This document shows, piece by piece, positions 51,401-56,083 of a DNA stretch of 56,083 bases (positions are counted from its first letter, which is position 1; each line of letters opens with the position of its first letter). The translations under genes and the position numbers were made by a program. Where the stretch lies: contig NKIB01013524.1 of assembly GCA_002256025.1 (NCBI GenBank), forward strand, positions 1 to 56,083, written 5' to 3'. The stretch is from Asterionella formosa (taxonomy: Eukaryota). The notes beneath the pieces are model-generated. The model was not told the origin of the DNA. It did not search any database and saw nothing but the letters and a program-made list of their open reading frames with translations.

Positions 51401-52087
51401 GTGCATCCATTCACGGCACGTGATCGTCAACTGCTTGAAGCCTTAGTCTCTGGCTCACGAGGCATGTCAATCTCTCTTGAGGATCGCCTTTCCCATACGG
51501 CCTACGACATAACCAAGGGGATAAACAACGAAATCGAGACACCGAGACTTGGAGGGAGTACGACTACCAAAGCAGCCCAGGTTGGCTCAGACGAAGACAT
51601 GCTCCTGCCGCAAGAGGCTCCTGTTTGTTTCATGGACCTTCCTGTGATGGTCTCGGAATTATCGTACTGCAAACGCTCACACGACTGTGTTGCCAACGAA
51701 TTATTAACTTGCCGGAAAAGAGCCAAGTTGGCAGCCAAAAATAGTTTCTTGTCGTCAGTTTTGTCAGACGAGGATCATGTTTCTTGCTTTCGGCGAGGAG
51801 TTACTCGAGTAGTTGATAGCGTCCTTCCAAATGATAGACTGGATGAAGCAATGATCCTAGACTATTTCCCGTTCCTATCCAGAATGGCTTCCTCCGAACG
51901 CATCTCTGACTTTGCCTTTGATAAACAATTACCAGAGGACAAATCTGCTGGCCGTCGTGTGACTCGGCGCAACAAAGCAGTTCATCGCAAACACTACTTT
52001 GCCAGCCTTAATGTGGCGCTGCAAGAAGGTCACGAAACGGCCCAAGTTCTTGGTTCCAAGTTTGCTGACAACATTTTGCGATTTTAA
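48476..52087 (+). CDS. ATAD5/Elg1-like RFC large-subunit AAA+ ATPase
   Basis: LWVEKH (RFC box II-like), Walker A GPPGSGKT, IEIN...RSG, EEATQS, Walker B VLIDEVD, PVFLTAN, DLRRILN, LDYFPFL; start may be 48452 or 48476. Confidence 0.8.
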   Translation: MADHQSSNQNRVIHAQQWKCDVCQVAIFPTLQEACHHEEKCKKSKADKVSTNPMIPRATGAPIAAAHPFFSIPQKKTKVHSTPDVIFIDSSPQVRQEELTVGEVKVVIDVDKQPPNIRKTISCKATAPKNASGAKLLLSSNFEKKIRSKKLSNTKGVDIKKSEQPIMKRLAQRAQNLKQSSDTSSESLASIFGATKASDVILAEHRAVEFSIKQREKIEKECERRRRRHEAHAQVLAPEDSMSSTQVKFKTTTTYPLDLRFYSPSHVFAPFRISPRVEKEKSWVIENVISNAQSRLREKERHFTKPLIDEQIKDCNLLPSTLNKRSLAADRDLISKIISTKLEVADIKLIDGKLWVEKHSIRSIPADVVGKSNQGTSIQMLRFVDEWKLERQKAHVRRAEKQEALKMTRRKKQSPQCEDIWSDSEEESSLASIFLLTGPPGSGKTSLVHAVARQSDCFVIEINTTVKRSGQALKHAIEEATQSDSTLEMMKRKNNEATFDFADTDDDESKDATEKRAAVPVVLIDEVDNLFEEAGDVGFWTALKTVAKKAQCPVFLTANRVPEEFQRASIRHMHCDTFLAEPSECASRLCRILKDEGFQRIPGCSEHELFEELVKVAECCNCDLRRILNSLEVVLSHQQQFPVVNEKEIKTCTKLMTAATVEISNVSPKQVSSDEPTLLTIKGRGFKSMTGKQCSVLIGSALSLGSHTVDDNTILAVCPPCSLPNGVNKYGHFEGTFQECLSCRFKSIAVVFDCFGVSSSSISNVTCNENCDGSVATAIVSWKIEYSFPGALRSFHSGHQESDSIKDSDEETDKENVFCSNKLKHGELPAADEIARNDVNPKCGDELILKAKHLIDNAIATFAGCDEKAIQTSATHVPASKQQKVGSCKAIEHDAMIAALDSDVAFLQDHLGGTPFLAGASRGFGSDLVDGGSHGSTATNEVKLTKNTKPPNIERLIASGWNEEYCFFGNSDAYMVHPFTARDRQLLEALVSGSRGMSISLEDRLSHTAYDITKGINNEIETPRLGGSTTTKAAQVGSDEDMLLPQEAPVCFMDLPVMVSELSYCKRSHDCVANELLTCRKRAKLAAKNSFLSSVLSDEDHVSCFRRGVTRVVDSVLPNDRLDEAMILDYFPFLSRMASSERISDFAFDKQLPEDKSAGRRVTRRNKAVHRKHYFASLNVALQEGHETAQVLGSKFADNILRF

Positions 52088-52287
52088 CAAAATAACACAT
52101 GGGCTCATACGCTCTCAGCAACTTTGTTTTGGTGATGAGTGGATGGAGTACGATTCTCCGCTCCTCCTGATAGGCTGTAAAAATAAAGTTTAAACAATTG
52201 ACGAGGTTCATGGGAATGTCGTCGAAGGGCCTTTAAAGTTCATGATCATGTTTAGGTAGTTAGAAGTCGCCTACCATGCCTTTAATC

Positions 52288-53829
52288 TTAACCGTGACGA
52301 GATATCGGAGAATAAGTTCCATTCCGACAATATCCCAACGTCCAATCGTCATCGTGATAATGGGGCACGGAATAACCCAAGTCTTTATCGAGCGATTGTC
52401 TAACCCGAAACCACTCCGTAAGGACATCTCGGCATCGCTCTGGTGATGCACTTGGCAGTTCACAGTACCAAGGATCTGGACAAGCGGCAAAATGAGCTAA
52501 TTTCATGTCCTCCAGTGGCGTAATACGGCAATCTTCACATGTTTCTTCTCCTGTCCAACATTTTCCTCTGTGGTTCCTGGGTTCATCGTAAATCAAATTG
52601 TTGTAAATGCATCGATTGACTTCAACAGCATGTTCTGGGTGCAGGTCAGAGTATATGTATGCCATGAAACCTTGAATTTGAGCTGCTCCATAGAAGCCGC
52701 CAATCCGAGAATTTTCCCAGCCAGTCTTGTCATTGTAGTTGCCTCGTTGGATAATGTCAATCATTTCTTCGAATAAGGAAATGTTAGGTCGAACTATGAA
52801 GAAGCCCCCCTGGAACGCATACTTCAATGGCTGGTCCACGGCCAAAGGATTATTTTGGATGTAATCCCGCGTGAAGAAAACATCAACACGATTGGGTATA
52901 GTATCATTTCTAGGCCTTTGAATGCTTGTATGAGACGAAGCATCCTGACTCAGCATGGCATCATAAAGTTCATCCATTGGCTGAAGCATGATTATATCAT
53001 AGTCCAAATGAACGACGATGTCTTCCTGCAGCGTGTACACATAAAGTTTGAGAAATTCTCTAGCACCACAGCAGCCACTGCCAAATTTAATTAAGCGAGC
53101 GTACTCTTTCGATTGCACGTCCTTGGGATTCACCGGAGAGTCACGTTCTAGGATAGTATAGTCGTTCAAGTGTTCCTTGACGCAGTCCAAAGAAGACGGA
53201 TGAACAATAGCATACAACTTGTAGTCATACTTCGAGTGCTCGTGTGATCTCGCAATGGAATGTGCCAGAATGGATGGCCCTTCAGTGACACCGTGTATAT
53301 TTGCTGTGTTTGCTTTTCCCGATGGGCAAAATGCAATTGATGTCGCATATCCAATAGTTGTTCTTTTTGTATGTTTTATGCTTGTTGTTTCCGTGGTCGA
53401 GATTGTTGTAGCAGGAAGGTATTGCTTCTGCTGCGCACTAGGAATCTCGTTTGTATCCGCCGTTTTAATAGATGCCCGAAGGTCCACACGAACGGTTAGT
53501 CCAATGGATAGTAGGATCATTCCAGAGAACGGCATCAAAATCATGAGCACCCAAAGCTTCCATTTTACATTTTCGCGAGCAGTTTTTTGAAAATTTTTCC
53601 CACGAGAGATGACGTTGAGCGCCTGTGCCATTTTTTGTCTGGTTGATTCAGTTTTGTAATTATTTATCATTGCTTCCTTTAATGAATGTAGAGAGGCCCC
53701 ACAGCCGACCATTATCTGGTAGTCTACCAAGTACTTTCTAGATCTATATGTATGATATGCTGCAATGAACAATGGGTTCTTTCTAAAATGTTGGTGTTTC
53801 TGATGATAAAATCTATGATGTGAGAACAA
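52288..53829 (-). CDS. GT8-like nucleotide-diphospho-sugar glycosyltransferase, type II membrane protein
   Basis: TM anchor LWVLMILMPFSGMILLSIGL, GCCGAREFLKLY, DxD motif HLDYD, QGGFFIVRP, YGAAQIQG. The true start is probably downstream (about 53670 or 53630). Confidence 0.75.
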   Translation of the reverse strand: MFSHHRFYHQKHQHFRKNPLFIAAYHTYRSRKYLVDYQIMVGCGASLHSLKEAMINNYKTESTRQKMAQALNVISRGKNFQKTARENVKWKLWVLMILMPFSGMILLSIGLTVRVDLRASIKTADTNEIPSAQQKQYLPATTISTTETTSIKHTKRTTIGYATSIAFCPSGKANTANIHGVTEGPSILAHSIARSHEHSKYDYKLYAIVHPSSLDCVKEHLNDYTILERDSPVNPKDVQSKEYARLIKFGSGCCGAREFLKLYVYTLQEDIVVHLDYDIIMLQPMDELYDAMLSQDASSHTSIQRPRNDTIPNRVDVFFTRDYIQNNPLAVDQPLKYAFQGGFFIVRPNISLFEEMIDIIQRGNYNDKTGWENSRIGGFYGAAQIQGFMAYIYSDLHPEHAVEVNRCIYNNLIYDEPRNHRGKCWTGEETCEDCRITPLEDMKLAHFAACPDPWYCELPSASPERCRDVLTEWFRVRQSLDKDLGYSVPHYHDDDWTLGYCRNGTYSPISRHG

Positions 53830-54039
53830 ACAGATGCATCGAGCTGTCGAACTGCGTATGTACCAGTTCCTGGTGTGTAATATTGCATGGCTGATGGATA
53901 ATCTTCATGTCCGAATATGTGCATAATGCTGTGCATTGTGAGCTGCTCAAAGGCACCCGGCAGCAGTTCTTTGCAACTATATTAGTCCTGCCGCACTGAT
54001 GACTAATACAGAACACAAATCCAATTGGACAGTGGCATC

Positions 54040-55687
54040 ATGGCGTTTGTTGCAGCTACGCGAAGCGGCGTTCTCGCTGCCGCCAGGAAGAGTTCCCGTT
54101 CGCTCTCCTCTGGTGCCGATCTAATGGCAGGCTCAGGGTGAGTAGGGATGAAAGGAGTCATGGAGAGAAGGCATTGAGGAAGCGGTTGGTGTATACATGC
54201 ACGGACGTTCCAGCATCATTTCTGTATTTCCAGTAGTAGCATTTCTGTATTGGAGCAATTCTATTTTCGTATTCCCTCACCAACCCCCTCTCCCCGAACT
54301 TAGCATCTACGGAGGGCTTACCGATCAAGATCGAATCTTCACCAATTTGTACGGAGAGCAGGATTGGCGCTTGAAGGATGCCATGAAGCGAGGAGACTAT
54401 CACCTCACTAAGGAAATCATGTGGATGGGCCCTGATTGGATTGTACAGGAGATTAAGGACTCGGGCCTCCGTGGACGTGGAGGAGCAGGCTTCCCTTCCG
54501 GCTTGAAGTGGTCGTTCATGCCCAAGCAAACAGACGGACGGCCATCGTTCTTGGTCGTCAATGCCGACGAAAGCGAACCGGGAACGTGCAAGGACCGCGA
54601 AATCATGCGCAAGGATCCTCACAAGTTGATTGAGGGATGCTTGATCGCCGGGTACGCCATGAGAGCCCGCGCTGCGTACATTTACGTTCGGGGAGAATAC
54701 TTTAACGAGGCTGTTGTGCTAGACGAAGCCATTCATGAAGCGTACGCGGCTGGGCTACTCGGCAAGAACGCGTGTGGGTCTGGATACGACTTTGATGTTT
54801 TCCTTCATCGCGGAGCAGGGGCGTACATTTGCGGAGAAGAGACGGCGTTGATTGAGAGTTTGGAAGGCCGGCCGGGGAAACCCCGTCTCAAGCCTCCATT
54901 CCCAGCTGGAGTTGGGCTATATGGATGCCCAACAACCGTCACGAACGTGGAAACCGTCGCTGTCTCCCCTACCATCCTTCGTCGTGGTGCGTCCTGGTTC
55001 GCCTCGTTTGGAAACGCAAACAATAGAGGAACCAAGCTATTTGGAATCTCTGGTCATGTCAAGAACCCCATGGTTGTCGAAGAGAGTATGTCTATTCCTC
55101 TTCGCGAGCTCATTGAGAAACACTGTGGTGGGATGAGAAATGGGTGGGATTCGCTTCAGGCCTGCATTCCTGGTGGGTCGTCTGTCCCTGTTTTGAACAA
55201 AGCACACTGTGATGATGCGTTGATGGAATTCGATGACTTAAGAAACAGAGGTTCTGGTCTTGGAACTGCTGCTGTCACTATGTTTGACACTTCAGTTGAC
55301 ATGATTGCTGCCATTCGCCGCCTCTCACACTTTTACAAGCACGAGTCGTGTGGTCAATGCACTCCTTGTCGTGAAGGAACCTCATGGTTAGAATCTATTT
55401 TGGTTAGAATGGAGAAGGGAGATGCGGATAAGCGTGAAATTCCCATGTTGGAAGAAATTTCTCGTCAGATTGAAGGACACACCATTTGTGCTTTGGGCGA
55501 CGCAGCTGCCTGGCCAATCCAGGGTTTGATTCGCCATTTCAAGAAAGATATCGAAGATAGAATTGATAATCCCGCATCATTCGACCACGAGGCTGCCTTC
55601 CAGAAGGCATGGAGTGGAGATCCTTTTGACAATGCAGAGTGGGCTGCTGCGCATGGAGATGGACTTACGTATGCATCCTTCAAGTAG
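54040..55687 (+). CDS. NDUFV1: Mitochondrial complex I 51-kDa flavoprotein subunit (NuoF), 2 exons
   Basis: Mitochondrial presequence in exon 54040-54137, intron 54138-54303; [50 protein letters not shown]. Confidence 0.97.
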
Positions 55688-56083
55688 CAAATAAGTATTT
55701 AAGAACAAACTTGTATGTATGATACTGGATGTTTGTGCAGGTAGTACACGAATTATTAGTTTTCAGTACCAGGCATCGGTATTCATCATTACATTGTGGG
55801 ATTGTACGATCAATATGCTCAGTGCATAGATAGCATACTGGTACCAGGTAGTTCCCTCGGCTGACCACTATTTGGCAAGCAAACTCAGATTTTCTTTGGG
55901 ACTGCCTATTATTAATAATACAAACCACGAAAGCAGAAGCCATTCTCGCTCGTGGAACAGCTGCTAACCTGGTACCGGTATTGTGGCGGACATATCATCG
56001 ATAAACTACAAACCGTAGTCCATTAATTTATATTTCTTATGTACATACTGGTACCATGTATATGCACAAATACAGGCATAGTA

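Overview
Eukaryotic nuclear DNA, most likely from a diatom (bipartite plastid presequences, short GT-AG introns, CoDi-type Copia element). Eleven apparently intact protein genes alternate with blocks of decayed transposons: PsbP-like lumen protein, SET/LSMT-type methyltransferase, glucosidase II beta, SelJ/ADP-ribosylglycohydrolase, mTERF, a plastid protein resembling PSI subunit Psa29, MGDG synthase, an unknown low-complexity protein, ATAD5/Elg1-like AAA+ ATPase, a GT8-like glycosyltransferase and NDUFV1. The mobile elements are a PIF/Harbinger-like element that has captured a tail-to-tail AspRS + PP2C gene block and is nested in a TA-flanked MITE, Kolobok/Mutator-like relics whose subterminal hairpin changes concertedly in both arms, pogo-like remnants, and a full-length decayed Copia LTR element with a 4.3 kb TIR transposon inserted in gag. 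Palindromic GGTACC/CCWGG/ACCGGT clusters recur at gene-transposon boundaries. All family assignments come from motif recognition by eye; no searches were run.
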